DNA of 64,000 nt from an uncultured Gemmatimonadales bacterium. Its GTDB lineage: Bacteria; Gemmatimonadota; Gemmatimonadetes; Longimicrobiales; Gaopeijiaceae. Positions 22,446 through 33,167 of this stretch are shown here, in pieces; position 1 is the first letter of the stretch, and each line of letters opens with the position of its first letter. The stretch covers positions 160,001-224,000 of the forward strand of contig CAWGKG010000020.1 of NCBI GenBank assembly GCA_963823035.1, written 5' to 3'. A model generated the notes under the pieces. That model ran no database searches. It saw only the letters and a program-made list of their open reading frames with translations, and was not told where the DNA came from. The translations under genes and the position numbers were made by a program.

Positions 22446-25400
22446 ATGTCCAAACATCGTTCGTTCACGTTGATCCTGGGGCTCTGCCCTGTTGCTCCCG
22501 GGCCTACTGTCGGCGCAGGAGACGCTGGTCGTGGGCACCGTGAAGAGCCGCACGGGCGAGCCGGTGCGTGGCGCGTACGTGTTGATCCAGTCGATCAACA
22601 TCGGCACGCTCACCAACGACGCCGGCAACTACCGCCTCACCGTGCCGGCGCGCCCAGGCGTCCGGGACGGTCACGCTCGAGGCGCAGAGCATCGGCTACA
22701 GCGCGGTGAGCGTCGAGATGGACCTGACGCCGGGCACGACCATCCGCCACGACTTCACGCTCACGGAGCAGGCGATCTCCCTCCAGGAGGTCGTCGTCAC
22801 GGGTACGGCCGGGCGTCTCGAGCGCAAGGCGCAGGCCGCGGTGGTCGAGAAGCTCGACGCCGCCCGCGTCACGGAGGTGGCGCCGGTCAACAACTTCCAG
22901 ACGCTCCTGCAGGCGCGCGTGCCGGGCGTGCACCTGGACGCCGGCTCCGGCTCGGTGGGCACGGCGCCCACGATCCGCATCCGGGGGCAGGTCGTCGATC
23001 TCCCTCTCCAACGAGCCGCTGGTGTTCATCGACGGCATCCGCATGGACGCCAGGCAGGGCACCGGTGAGGAGGGCGGCCAGGTGTTCAGCGTGCCTGGGT
23101 CAGAGCGTGAGCCGCATGAACGACCTGGCTCCCGGAGGACATCGAGTCGATCGAGGTCGTGAAGGGCCCGGCGGCCGCGACGCTCTACGGCGCCGACGCG
23201 TCGGCGGGCGTGATCAACATCATCACCAAGCGCGGCCGCGCGTCCGGTGGCTTCACGCAGACGGTCTCCGCCGAGTACACGGGCCTGGACACCAACTTCA
23301 CTCCGCCGGCCAACGAGGCGGCGTGCTCGGCGTCGCGACGTGACCAACGCCGAGCGGATCCTCTGCTTCGGCAAGACCGAGGGGACGCTGGTGACGGACA
23401 ATCCCCTCGAGCGGCTCGACGTCTTCCAGCCCGGGCACGGACGCAGCCTGTCGTACTCCATCCGCGGCGGCGGGCAGAACTACGGCGTGTTCCTGTCGGC
23501 GACGCGCGGACGACGAGAAGGGCTCGCTGCCCAACAACGAGTTCCAGCGGTTGAGCTTCCGGTCGAACTTCGACTTCATCATCAACCAGCAGCTCCGCGT
23601 CGAGGCGGGGTGGGGCATCTCGAAGACCAAGACCCGCCTGCCGTACTCCGACAACTCGGTGTACGGCATGGTGGCGGCGGGCTTCCTGGGGAACCCGCGG
23701 ACCGTGGGCACCGTGCGCCAACGGCCTCTACTCCGGCGCCGGCGTGGGCGGCATCGACGGTCGCGCGCAGCATCGAGAACTTCGACGACGCGTTCCGCTT
23801 CCAGCCCCGCATCGCGGTGAACTGGGCGCCGCGCCAGAACCTCACGAACAAGTTCACGCTGGGCGCGGACCTCACGCGCACGTCGCGCGTGGCTGTTCTT
23901 CCCGAAGAACGACGGCAACTGGTACGCCTCGGACGCGTCCAACTCCGGCACGATCGACGAGGCGCGCCGCGCGGACAACCGCTGGACGATCGACTACCTG
24001 GGCAACCTCACCCTGGACCTGACCGCGGACCTGCGCACGGACATCTCCTGGGGGCTGCAGACCATCGTCACCAAGACAGACCAGGTGAGCGCGCACGGTG
24101 AGGGGCTGGTGGCCAACGCCGCGCGCTCCGTGGGCGCCGCTTCGACGCAGACCGGCAACCAGTTCGTGAACGAGAGCCGGTCCAACGGCGTGTTCGGCCA
24201 GCTCCAGACGAGCTGGAAGGACAAGCTCTTCATGCAGGTGGCGGGGCGCCTGGACCGCAACTCGGCCTTCGGCGTCGAGTCGCAAGTACTTCTTCAGCCC
24301 GAAGGCTGGGCTCGTCCTACGTGCTGTCGGAGGAGGGCTTCTGGCAGAACTCCGCCCTGGGCGACCTGATCAGCACGTTCCGCGTGCGCGGCGCGTACGG
24401 CACCACGGGCCGCTCGCCCACCAGCGGCGCGCTGGCGACGTACAACACCTCGCCGTTCGTGCTGTACAGCGACGGCACCGTGAAGCCGGGCGTCACGCCG
24501 CACGATCCGGGCAACACCGAGCTCAAGCCGGAGCGCGGCACCGAGGTCGAGATGGGCTTCGAGGCCGGGCTGCTGGACGAGCGGGTGAGCCTCGAGGTCA
24601 CGTACTTCGACAAGACCACGACGGACGCCATCCTGCGCCAGCCCATCGCGCCGTCGCTGGGCTTCGACCAGAACCCGTACGTCAACATCGGCAAGCTCAC
24701 CAACAAGGGGCTTCGAGGTCGCGGCGTCCGCCCGCATGCTCACGATGCAGGACCTGGGGTGGGAGCTGCGCGGCACGCTCGCGACCGTGAAGAACGAGGT
24801 GGTGGACATGGGCGGCATCGAGCCGTTCGGGACCATCACGCGCACCCGTGAGGGAGCGCCCGTCAACTCGTTCCACACCTACGTGGTGCGGCGGGTGGAC
24901 GAGGCGAACGACGTCGCGATCGTGTCCGACACGCTGGAGTTCATCGGCAACACGATCCCGGGCTGGGAGAGCACGCTCACCTCGACGGTGAACTTCCTCC
25001 GGTACTTCACGCTCTACGCGCAGCTCGACATGCGGGGCGACGTGCTCAAGCGTGACTTCTCCTCCGACTTCCGCGATCGGCAGTTCCGCAACTCGCCGAC
25101 GTGGAACCACCGCGAGGAGCTGAGCGCGGAAGAGCGGCTGCGCCGCTTCGGGCCGTTCAAGACGGAGAGCGGCGACGACATCACGTTCAGCCAGGTGAAC
25201 GGCATGTACATCACGGACGCGAGCTACGTGCGCCTTCGCGAGGTCTCGCTGAGCATGTCGGCACCCGAATCGCTGGCGCGCGCCATGCGCGCGCGCACGG
25301 CGAGCTTCACCCTCGCGGCGCGCAACCTGAAGACCTGGACGGACTACACCGGGCTCGATCCGGAGACGACCTACGTCAACGGACCGGAGTTCTTCACCGT

Positions 25401-25446
25401 TCCCGCGGAGCGGCGGTTCTCGTTCCGCGTGAGCCTCACCTACTAG
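22446..25446 (+). CDS. susC: SusC/RagA-type TonB-dependent receptor; heavily frameshifted
   Basis: N-terminal carboxypeptidase-regulatory-like domain, LQEVVVTG, plug motifs PLVFIDG and [60 protein letters not shown], terminal FRVSLTY. About ten indels. Confidence 0.88.
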
Positions 25447-25461
25447 ATGGGAGGAGGCATC

Positions 25462-26704
25462 ATGAGACGGCGAATCCATCGTATCGCTACCTTCGCGGCC
25501 CTTCTCTCGATCACGGGCTGCACGGATTCCTTCTTCCAGATCACCGACCCCGACGAGTTGCAGGCGACGGCGGTCGATCCCGAGGCGGACGGTCCCGCGC
25601 TGGCGCGCTCCGCGTTCCAGAACCTCGCCACCGCGTACGGCAACGTCGCGCTCTACGTCGGCGTGGTGGGCGTACGAGGCGCGCGTCGGGGACACCTTCC
25701 CGACCCGCAACGAGTTCGGTCGGCGGTTCATCGACGACACGAACGGCACCCTCAACACCGAGGGATGGAGCCCGCTCGTCCTGGCGGCCAGCACGGGCGA
25801 GCAGGCGGTGGGCATCCTCCAGAGCGTCGGCGGCCTGCCGCTGGCCATCGCGGCCTTCACCGAGGGCTACGCGCTGGAGCTCATGGCCGAGACGTTCTGC
25901 GAGGGCACGGTGGCCGCGGACCCGCAGACGCCGGGGCCCAGGATGTCGACCCAGGAGATGCTGTCCCTCGCGGTCGAGCGGCTGACGCTCGCCAACACCG
26001 AGGGCAAGGCGTCGGGCACGGACGAGGGCGACGCCCTCGCCACGGCCGCGATGGTGGGCATCGCCCGCGCGCAGCTCCAGGCCGGGAACACGTCGGCGGC
26101 GGCCGCCGCCGCCGCGCAGGTTCCGGCGGACTTCGAGTTCGACCTCAAGTACGTGGACGACGCGGCGAACCGTGGCCGGCTCGGCAACAACCTCTGGAAC
26201 TTCACCACGTCGCGGACCTCGCTGGTCGTGCCGCCCGAGTACATGGCCATGGCGGACGCGGGCGACCCCCGCATCAGCTACGAGGATGCCGGCAAGCTGG
26301 CTCAGGACTCGGAGCTCGAGTTCATCAAGCAGCTGAAGTTCCCGTCGTACGCGGCGCCGATCCGTCTCGCCTCGGGGCTGGAGGCCCGCTACATCGCGGC
26401 CGAGGCCACGGGCAGCATGGCCGACCAGCTCGCGCTCATCAACGAGCGGCGCGCGGTGGGCAACCAGGGGGACTTCACCTCCTCGGACCCGGCCGCGGTC
26501 TTCGCCGAGCTGATGGAGCAGCGCGTGCGGGACTTCTGGCTCGAGGGGAAGAAGATGGGCGACTACCGGCGCAACGGTGACGCCGTGCCCTACTTCCTCC
26601 CGGACAACAGCGAGTACTACAAGTCGGGTGTGGGCGACGTGGGCACGCAGAAGTGCTGGCCGGTGCCCGACGTGGAGAAGCGGACGAACCCGAACTTCGG
26701 ATGA
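25462..26704 (+). CDS. susD: SusD/RagB-like lipoprotein; frameshifted
   Basis: Lipobox ITGC, IARAQLQAG, EARYIAAEA, EQRVRDFWLEGKKMGDYRR, WPVPDVEKRTNPN; directly after susC; indel near 25665. Confidence 0.85.
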
Positions 26705-26717
26705 CCTGAACCGCGGT

Positions 26718-26748
26718 GCGGCCCCCGGGGGAAGCCTCCGGGGGCCGC
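26718..26748 (+). terminator. GC-rich hairpin after susD (terminator or stabilising stem)
   Basis: GCGGCCCCCGG...CCGGGGGCCGC inverted repeat; no strong U-tract. Confidence 0.5.
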
Positions 26749-26762
26749 GCTCATTCCATACC

Positions 26763-27968
26763 ATGGGTTTTTCGGCGAGGGGCCGTGTGGGGGTGGTGAC
26801 GGTGCTCCTGGCGTTGGGTGTCGTCCCGGGGGCGGCGGCGCAGCGCGCGCCGGTGGCCGTGATCGGCCACCTCTACGACCTGGACGACGGCCTGCCGGTC
26901 GAGGGCGCGGTCGTGACCGTCGCTGGGACGGCCGCGCGCGCGGTGACCGACACGCTCGGTGCCTTCCGCCTGGCCGGTGTGCCGCCGGGCGCGCACGTGC
27001 TCCAGGTCCGCCACATCGCGTACGGCATGCACGAGCACGCGATGGAGGTCCCCGGGGGCATCGACCTCACCCTGGAGCTGCGGCTCTCCCGCCAGGCGCT
27101 GGAGCTGGAGCCCCTCGACGTGGAGGTGGCGCGAAGACCGCGCACGCAGAGCACGCGCAGCAACGTGGTCACGCGCCGGCAGATCGCGAGCGTGGAGGAC
27201 CGGGCCCGCCACATCGGGGACGTGGTGCGTACGTTCATTCCCGGCGCCACCGTCACCGAGACGCAGGGCGGCTTCTTCTGTCTCGAGTTCCGCGGCGCGG
27301 CCGGGAGCCGCACGACCGGGTGCAACTTCCCCCTGGTGGTGCTCGACGGCCTTCCGGTCGGGGACGCCTACCACTTCCTCCGGGACCTGCGCGTCCAGGA
27401 CCTGGAGCGCATCGAGTTCGTGCCCGCGAGCCAGGGCGCGGCGCGCTACGGGATGGGCGCCACGTACGGTGCGCTCGTCATCGATACCCGCCGCTCGGGG
27501 ATCGTCGCGGCGGAGCCCGACGCGGCCCCGACGCGCTTCCCGGCCTGGGACTGGTCGCGGGAGCCGGAGGGCCACCCGACGTGGCGCAGCATCGCGGGCG
27601 CCGGGCTGGGCTCGGTGGTCGGCACGGGCGTGGCGCTCCTGGCGGTCGGCTGCTTCCCGGGCTCCTCGGGAGAGACCGCGCCGTGCGTCCATGGCGTCGG
27701 CACGGCCGCCGGCGTGGGCGCGCTCGCACTGCCGCTCCTGGGCTCCGTCCTCGGCGCCCGCCGGATGGGGCGCACCGGAGCATCCAGGGGGCGCCTGCTG
27801 CCGAGCCTCGCGATGGCGGCGGTGCCCGCGGCGCTGGGATACGCCCTCTATCGGCAGGGGGCGGGCTCGGACTTCGCGGGGGAGCGCCGCATCGGGAGCG
27901 TGCTGGTGGTGCTCGGGACGCCGCTGGTCGCCACGCTCGCCGACCGCCTCTTCCGCGCACGCCGATGA
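26763..27968 (+). CDS. Carboxypeptidase-regulatory-like + TonB plug-like domain protein without beta-barrel, hydrophobic C-terminus
   Basis: Signal ending AAAQ; PVEGAVV...TDTLGAFRL...HIAYG; PLVVLDG...LERIEFVPASQGAARYG...GALVIDTR; then about four Gly/Ala-rich hydrophobic segments. Confidence 0.7.
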   Translation: MGFSARGRVGVVTVLLALGVVPGAAAQRAPVAVIGHLYDLDDGLPVEGAVVTVAGTAARAVTDTLGAFRLAGVPPGAHVLQVRHIAYGMHEHAMEVPGGIDLTLELRLSRQALELEPLDVEVARRPRTQSTRSNVVTRRQIASVEDRARHIGDVVRTFIPGATVTETQGGFFCLEFRGAAGSRTTGCNFPLVVLDGLPVGDAYHFLRDLRVQDLERIEFVPASQGAARYGMGATYGALVIDTRRSGIVAAEPDAAPTRFPAWDWSREPEGHPTWRSIAGAGLGSVVGTGVALLAVGCFPGSSGETAPCVHGVGTAAGVGALALPLLGSVLGARRMGRTGASRGRLLPSLAMAAVPAALGYALYRQGAGSDFAGERRIGSVLVVLGTPLVATLADRLFRARR

Positions 27969-28027
27969 ACCCCCATCTCGGGAGATCCACGATGGACGTT
28001 CGCCACCCACCACGAAGGAGGACGACG

Positions 28028-30063
28028 ATGACGAAAGCGGCACGCCGAACGGTGCACTGCCTCCTGATGATCGGAGTCGCCCTTCCCTGCGGGGCGGCGG
28101 CGCAGGCACCCCTCAAGAAGCTCTCCCTGGAGAGCTACCTCGACATGGAGTCGGTGTCGAGCCCGCAGATCTCGCCGGACGGGACGAGCATCGTCTACGC
28201 GCGCGGTTGGGTCGACAGGATGAACGACCGGCACGAGTCGTCCGTCTGGATCATGAACGCCGACGGGAGCCGGAACCGCTTCCTCGTGGACGGATCGTCG
28301 CCGGTGTGGTCGCCGGACGGCACGCGCATCGCGTATACGGCGCGGGGCGAGCCGGACGGAACGCAGATCTTCGTCCGATGGATGGACGACGAGGGCGCGA
28401 CCACGCAGATCACGCGCGTCGAGCACGCGCCGTCCAGCGTGCGTTGGTCACCCGACGGGCGCTGGCTCTCCTTCACGATGTCGGTGGACGACGACGAGAG
28501 CTGGGGGATCCACCCGCCGGGAAGGCCCGACGGCGCGAAGTGGACGGCGGACCCGAAGATCGTGACGCGCGCCGACTACCGGCAGGACCGGCAGGGCTTC
28601 ACGGACACGGGGTGGCGGCACGTCTTCGTGGTGCCGGCGGAGGGCGGCACGCCCCGCCAGCTCACGGACGGGAAGTGGAACCACTCCGGCGCCGAGTGGA
28701 CGCCGGACGGGAAGGCGCTCGTCTTCTCCGCGCTGCGCACGGCGGACGCCGAGCTCGCATGGCGGGAATCGGAGATCTACGCCGTGGACGTCGCCGGCGG
28801 CGCGATCCGGCAGCTCACGCACAGGAAGGGGATCGACACCGATCCGATGCCGTCGCCGGACGGCAAGCTCATCGCCTATCGCGGTGACGACTGGAACGAC
28901 GACACGTACCGGAACACGAAGGTCTACGTGATGGCGCCGGACGGCTCGAACCCCCGCATGATCTCCGGGGACTTCGACCGACAGGCGTCGGGCTTCACCT
29001 GGGCCGGCGACGGCAGCGGGCTCTACTTCACCGCGAACGACGCGGGCAGCCGGAACCTGTACTTCCTCTCCCTGTCGTCGGGCGTGCGCCAGCTCACCGA
29101 GGGCACCCAGCTCATCGACATCGGGTCGGTGAGCGCATCGGGGACGCTCGTGGGCACGCGCACCAGCTTCCAGGCCCCGGGGGACGTGGTGGCGCTGAAC
29201 GTGAAGAGCCCGGGGACGATCCGGCAGCTCACGCACGTGAACGACGACGTCCTGGCCGGCGTGACGCTCGGCGACGTCGAGGAGATCCGAGTACGGGTCG
29301 GTGGACGGCTTCCGCATCCAGGGTTGGATCGTCAAGCCGCCGGACTTCGATCCCGTCGAAGAAGTACCCGATGATGCTGTCGATCCACGGTGGCCCGCAC
29401 AGCATGTACACGGTGGGCTTCAACTTCGGGTGGCAGGAGCACGCGGCGAACGGATACGTGGTGCTCTACCTGAACCCGCGCGGCAGCACCGGATACGGGA
29501 GCGCCTTCGCCAACGCCATCAAGAACGCGTACCCGGGGAAGGACTTCGACGACCTGATGAACGGCGTGGACGAGGTGCTGCGTCGCGGCTACGTCGACGA
29601 GGAGAACCTCTTCGTGTACGGCTGCTCCGGGGGCGGCGTGCTCACGTCGTGGATCGTCGGCCACACGGACCGCTTCGCGGCGGCGTCGGCCAACTGCCCT
29701 GTGATCGACTGGATCTCGTTCGTGGGCAACACGGACAGCCCCGGCTGGTATCGGAACTTCGAGAAGCTGCCGTGGGAGGATCCGAGCGAGCACCTGCGCC
29801 GCTCGTCGCTCATGTACGTGGGCAACGTCAAGACGCCCACCATGCTCATGACCGGCGTGAACGACCTGCGCACGCCGATCCCGCAGACCGAGGAGTTCTA
29901 CGAGGCGCTGAAGATCGAGGGCGTGCCCACCGCCATGGTCCGCTTCAACAACGAGTGGCACGGCACGTCGAGCACTCCGTCGAACTTCCTGCGCACGCAG
30001 CTCTACCTGAGGGAGTGGTTCAAGCGGTACGCGCGGGGTGCCGCGGTCACGGAGGAGCCTTGA
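28028..30063 (+). CDS. S9 family peptidase (acylaminoacyl/dipeptidyl peptidase); frameshifted
   Basis: PD40-like repeats (WSPDG), SIHGGPH, NPRGSTGYG, nucleophile GCSGGG, Asp in NDLRTP, His in EWHG. Indels near 29295 and 29360. Confidence 0.93.
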
Positions 30064-30068
30064 CGGTG

Positions 30069-30575
30069 ATGAAGACCACGGGGGCACGCGCGAGACGCAT
30101 GCGAGGAGTGGGCGCGGCCCTGCTCTGCGGGACGTTGGTGGCGTGCGCTTCGGGAGGTGGAGGATCCGCTTCGCGCACCCACAACAGCCGGAGCCCCATC
30201 ACGCGGGCCGAGATCGGGGATCGTGGGTCGCTCGACCTCTACACGGTGGTTCAGCAACTGCGGCCGAGCTGGCTCCAGAACCGTGGCCAGGCCACGCCGG
30301 TGGGTGGCGTGCGCGTGGTGCGCGTCGCGATCGACGGGCGCCTCCAGGCGGGCTCGGCCGAGGTGCTGCGCTCCCTGCGCGGTGCGGAGGTCCAGGAGCT
30401 CCGCTACCTGAGCGGGCAGGACGCGCAGACGCGCTTCGGCATGGACACCGAAGGCGGCGTGATCGCCGTGACCACCGACCGCGGGGGGGGGGCGGCGCGG
30501 GATCCTGAGTCGGCGGCGGCCCGGCGACGGGTCGCCTCCCTCCCCCGGGATGCGGGAGGGCGGGGGTGGACGTAG
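30069..30575 (+). CDS. Small lipoprotein consisting of a TonB plug-like domain
   Basis: Lipobox LVAC, ITRAEI, LRPSWL, VAIDG, VQELRYLSGQDAQTRFG...GGVIAVTT. True stop may be TGA 30506-30508 if the G run near 30484 is miscalled. Confidence 0.7.
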   Translation: MKTTGARARRMRGVGAALLCGTLVACASGGGGSASRTHNSRSPITRAEIGDRGSLDLYTVVQQLRPSWLQNRGQATPVGGVRVVRVAIDGRLQAGSAEVLRSLRGAEVQELRYLSGQDAQTRFGMDTEGGVIAVTTDRGGGAARDPESAAARRRVASLPRDAGGRGWT

Positions 30576-30650
30576 CTTTCCGCGTTCCCGCATCCTTGGG
30601 GGCCGGGTGCCGCGGTCGCGGCGCCGCACGAGCGCGAAGAGGGAGGCGAC

Positions 30651-32399
30651 ATGGGGAGGTGGCGTCCCGCGACCGGGTCGGCCGCGTTGTTTCCGGCCGT
30701 TGTGCTGGCCACGTTGTTCGGGGCCTTCCCGACCGCGGGGCAGGAGCCCGCGCCCATCGCGGCGGGGCGTGCTTCGCCCCCGGGGACCTACGGTGACATC
30801 GACGTCTTGCACTACGACATCGAGATCGGCCTGCCCGCGCCCGGAGGCACCTCGATCGAGGGCAGGGTCACACTCCTCCTGACGCCCGCGCACCCCCACG
30901 TCGATCACGCCGTTCTGGACCTCACGGGCCTCGCGGTCGAGGGTGTCACGGTGGACGGGAGCCCGCGCGACTTCGCCTACGCGGAGGGCCGGCTCTCCAT
31001 CCCGCTCGCGACCGGCGCGACGCCCGCCGACACCTTCCGGGTCGAGGTGCGCTACGGCGGGGTGCCCGACGACGGCTTGATCTTCCGGCGCAACGTCCAC
31101 GGACGGCCGTCCGTGTTCGCCGACAACTGGCCCAACCGCGCGCGCTTCTGGTTTCCCTCCGTGGACGATCCGTCGGACAAGGCGACCGTCACCTTCACGG
31201 TGCACGCGCCCGCGTCGTGGGTCGTGGTGGCGAACGGGGTCGAGGTGGGGGCGCCCACGGACGGACCGGCGACCCGGAACGGGACGCCGCGTCGCACCTG
31301 GACGTGGTCGATGGACGTCGCCGCGTCGTCGTACAACTTCGTGATCGGCGCGGCCGACATGGTGGAGATCCCGCTGGGGGAGGCGGCCTGTGGCGCGGCG
31401 CCGGCCTCCCCGCGTAGCGATGGCTGCGTGGAGGTGTCGGCCTGGTTGCTCCGTGAGGACACCGCGCAGGCGCAGGTCTCCTTCCAGCGCGCGCCGGCGA
31501 TGGTCGACTACTACGCGGAGCTGATCGGGCCCTTCGCCTTCGAGAAGCTCGCGCACGTGCAATCCGCGACGCGCTTCGGCGGCATGGAGAACGCGTCGGC
31601 GATCTTCTACACGGAAGAGGGCCTCGCATCGGGGCGGGACATGGAGGGCACGGTCGCCCACGAGACCGCCCACCAGTGGTTCGGAGACGAGGTCACCGAG
31701 GCCGATTGGCCCGAGCTCTGGCTGTCCGAGGGGTTCGCCACCTACTTCGGTCACCTCTTCTTCGAGCACGCGGACGGCGTCGACGAATTCCGGCGCCGTA
31801 TGGAGGAGAGCCGCCGCGACTACCTCTCCTCGGGCGTGACCGGGCAGGCGGTGATCGACCCGGACGAGCAGGACCTCTTCGCTCTCCTCAACGCGAACAA
31901 CTACCCGAAGGGCGCGTGGGTCCTGCACATGCTGCGGGGTATCCTCGGGGACGACGCCTTCTTCGAGGGCATCCGCGACTACTACCGACGCTACTCCGGG
32001 CGCAACGCCACCACGGACGACTTCCGCGAAGTGATGGAGTCCGCGGGGGGCGCCGACCTCTCGTGGTTCTTCGATCAGTGGCTGCGCGAGCCGGGCTATC
32101 CCGTCCTGAACGTGGACTGGTCGTGGGACGCCACCACGAAGGAGACCACGGTGACGGTTGAGCAGGCGCAGAACGCCGACTGGCCGGTGTTCCGCCTGCC
32201 GCTCGAGATCGCGATCGATCGAGGCGGGAGCGGGGGGGAGCGCCACGACGTCGAGGTGGTCGGCCGCGTCCAGCGCTTCCGCTTCTCCACGGCGACGGCG
32301 CCGACCGGCGTGACGATCGACCCCGACGGCTGGGTGCTGAAGGGCGACGGGCGGACCCAGGAGGTCGGCCCCAGCGGCTCGCCCGCCCGGGGCCGATGA
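30651..32399 (+). CDS. M1 family aminopeptidase, exported
   Basis: GGMEN exopeptidase motif, HETAHQWFGD, WLSEGFATY, YPKGAWVLHMLR. Confidence 0.95.
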   Translation: MGRWRPATGSAALFPAVVLATLFGAFPTAGQEPAPIAAGRASPPGTYGDIDVLHYDIEIGLPAPGGTSIEGRVTLLLTPAHPHVDHAVLDLTGLAVEGVTVDGSPRDFAYAEGRLSIPLATGATPADTFRVEVRYGGVPDDGLIFRRNVHGRPSVFADNWPNRARFWFPSVDDPSDKATVTFTVHAPASWVVVANGVEVGAPTDGPATRNGTPRRTWTWSMDVAASSYNFVIGAADMVEIPLGEAACGAAPASPRSDGCVEVSAWLLREDTAQAQVSFQRAPAMVDYYAELIGPFAFEKLAHVQSATRFGGMENASAIFYTEEGLASGRDMEGTVAHETAHQWFGDEVTEADWPELWLSEGFATYFGHLFFEHADGVDEFRRRMEESRRDYLSSGVTGQAVIDPDEQDLFALLNANNYPKGAWVLHMLRGILGDDAFFEGIRDYYRRYSGRNATTDDFREVMESAGGADLSWFFDQWLREPGYPVLNVDWSWDATTKETTVTVEQAQNADWPVFRLPLEIAIDRGGSGGERHDVEVVGRVQRFRFSTATAPTGVTIDPDGWVLKGDGRTQEVGPSGSPARGR

Positions 32400-33160
32400 G
32401 GGCACCGACCTCGGCCGAGCGCGTTCCCGTCTTCAAGATCTGCTGCATCCAGGACGAGGCGGAGCTGCGCCTCGTGGCCGAGGAGGGAGCCCGCTTCGCC
32501 GGCCTGGTGGGGTGGATGCCGAGCGGCCCGGGCCCCATCGCCGACGAGGACATCGCGCGCCTCGCGGCCGCCGCCGCAGGGGTCACGCCGGTGCTCCTCA
32601 CCGCACGTACCGAGGCCGAGGACATCGTCGCGCACGTGCGCGCCACCGGCGTCGGTGGCGTCCAGATCGTGCGACCCGTTCCGCCCTCGGTGCGCTTCGC
32701 GCTCCGACGCGAGCTACCGGCGGTGGAGATCCTGCAGGTCGTCCACGTGGAGGGTCCGGGCTCCGTCGACGAGGCCGCCCTCGCCGCGCAGGGGGCCGAC
32801 TGGCTCCTCCTCGACTCCGGCCGCCCCTCGGCGCCCCTGGCGGAGCTCGGCGGCACAGGACGCGTCCACGACTGGGTGCTCAGCGCCCGGATCGTGGAGG
32901 CCTCGCCGATCCCGGTCCTCCTCGCGGGCGGGCTACGGCCCGAAAACGTCGCCGACGCCGTGCGCGCGGTGCACCCCGCCGGGGTCGATGTCTGCTCGGG
33001 GCTGCGAGACGCCGAGGGCCGGCTGAGGCCGGAGCGCCTGCGGGCCTTCGTCGACGCGCTCGCTCAGACCGGAGCTCGAGCCCCTGGAGTCCCTTTCGGC
33101 GGCAGGCCGCCACGAGCTCCTCGAGGCTCGCGTCCGGAGCCGCCGAGGAGGAGAGCGTGA
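32396..33160 (+). CDS. trpF: Phosphoribosylanthranilate isomerase family protein
   Basis: FKICCI, LLLDSG, GGTGRVHDW, LLAGGLRPENV, GVDVCSG. The last ~30 codons look like read-through into an antisense remnant. Confidence 0.88.
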   Translation: MRAPTSAERVPVFKICCIQDEAELRLVAEEGARFAGLVGWMPSGPGPIADEDIARLAAAAAGVTPVLLTARTEAEDIVAHVRATGVGGVQIVRPVPPSVRFALRRELPAVEILQVVHVEGPGSVDEAALAAQGADWLLLDSGRPSAPLAELGGTGRVHDWVLSARIVEASPIPVLLAGGLRPENVADAVRAVHPAGVDVCSGLRDAEGRLRPERLRAFVDALAQTGARAPGVPFGGRPPRAPRGSRPEPPRRRA

Positions 33161-33167
33161 GCCTCAC
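33064..33167 (-). pseudogene. Truncated 5' remnant resembling the start of a sugar-phosphate isomerase/AP-endonuclease-2 TIM-barrel gene
   Basis: GTG 33167 overlaps the DUF2249 stop; VRLTLSSSAAPDASLEELVAACRRKGLQGLELR, then runs into trpF antisense. Confidence 0.45.

Noticed and set aside
22446..25446. Programmed frameshifting or phase variation in susC and other split genes
   Set aside because: Too many indels, not at consistent slippery sites; pattern fits sequencing error.
30484..30492. G homopolymer as a contingency locus
   Set aside because: Lies at the extreme 3' end of a small gene and would change only the tail; homopolymer miscall likely.
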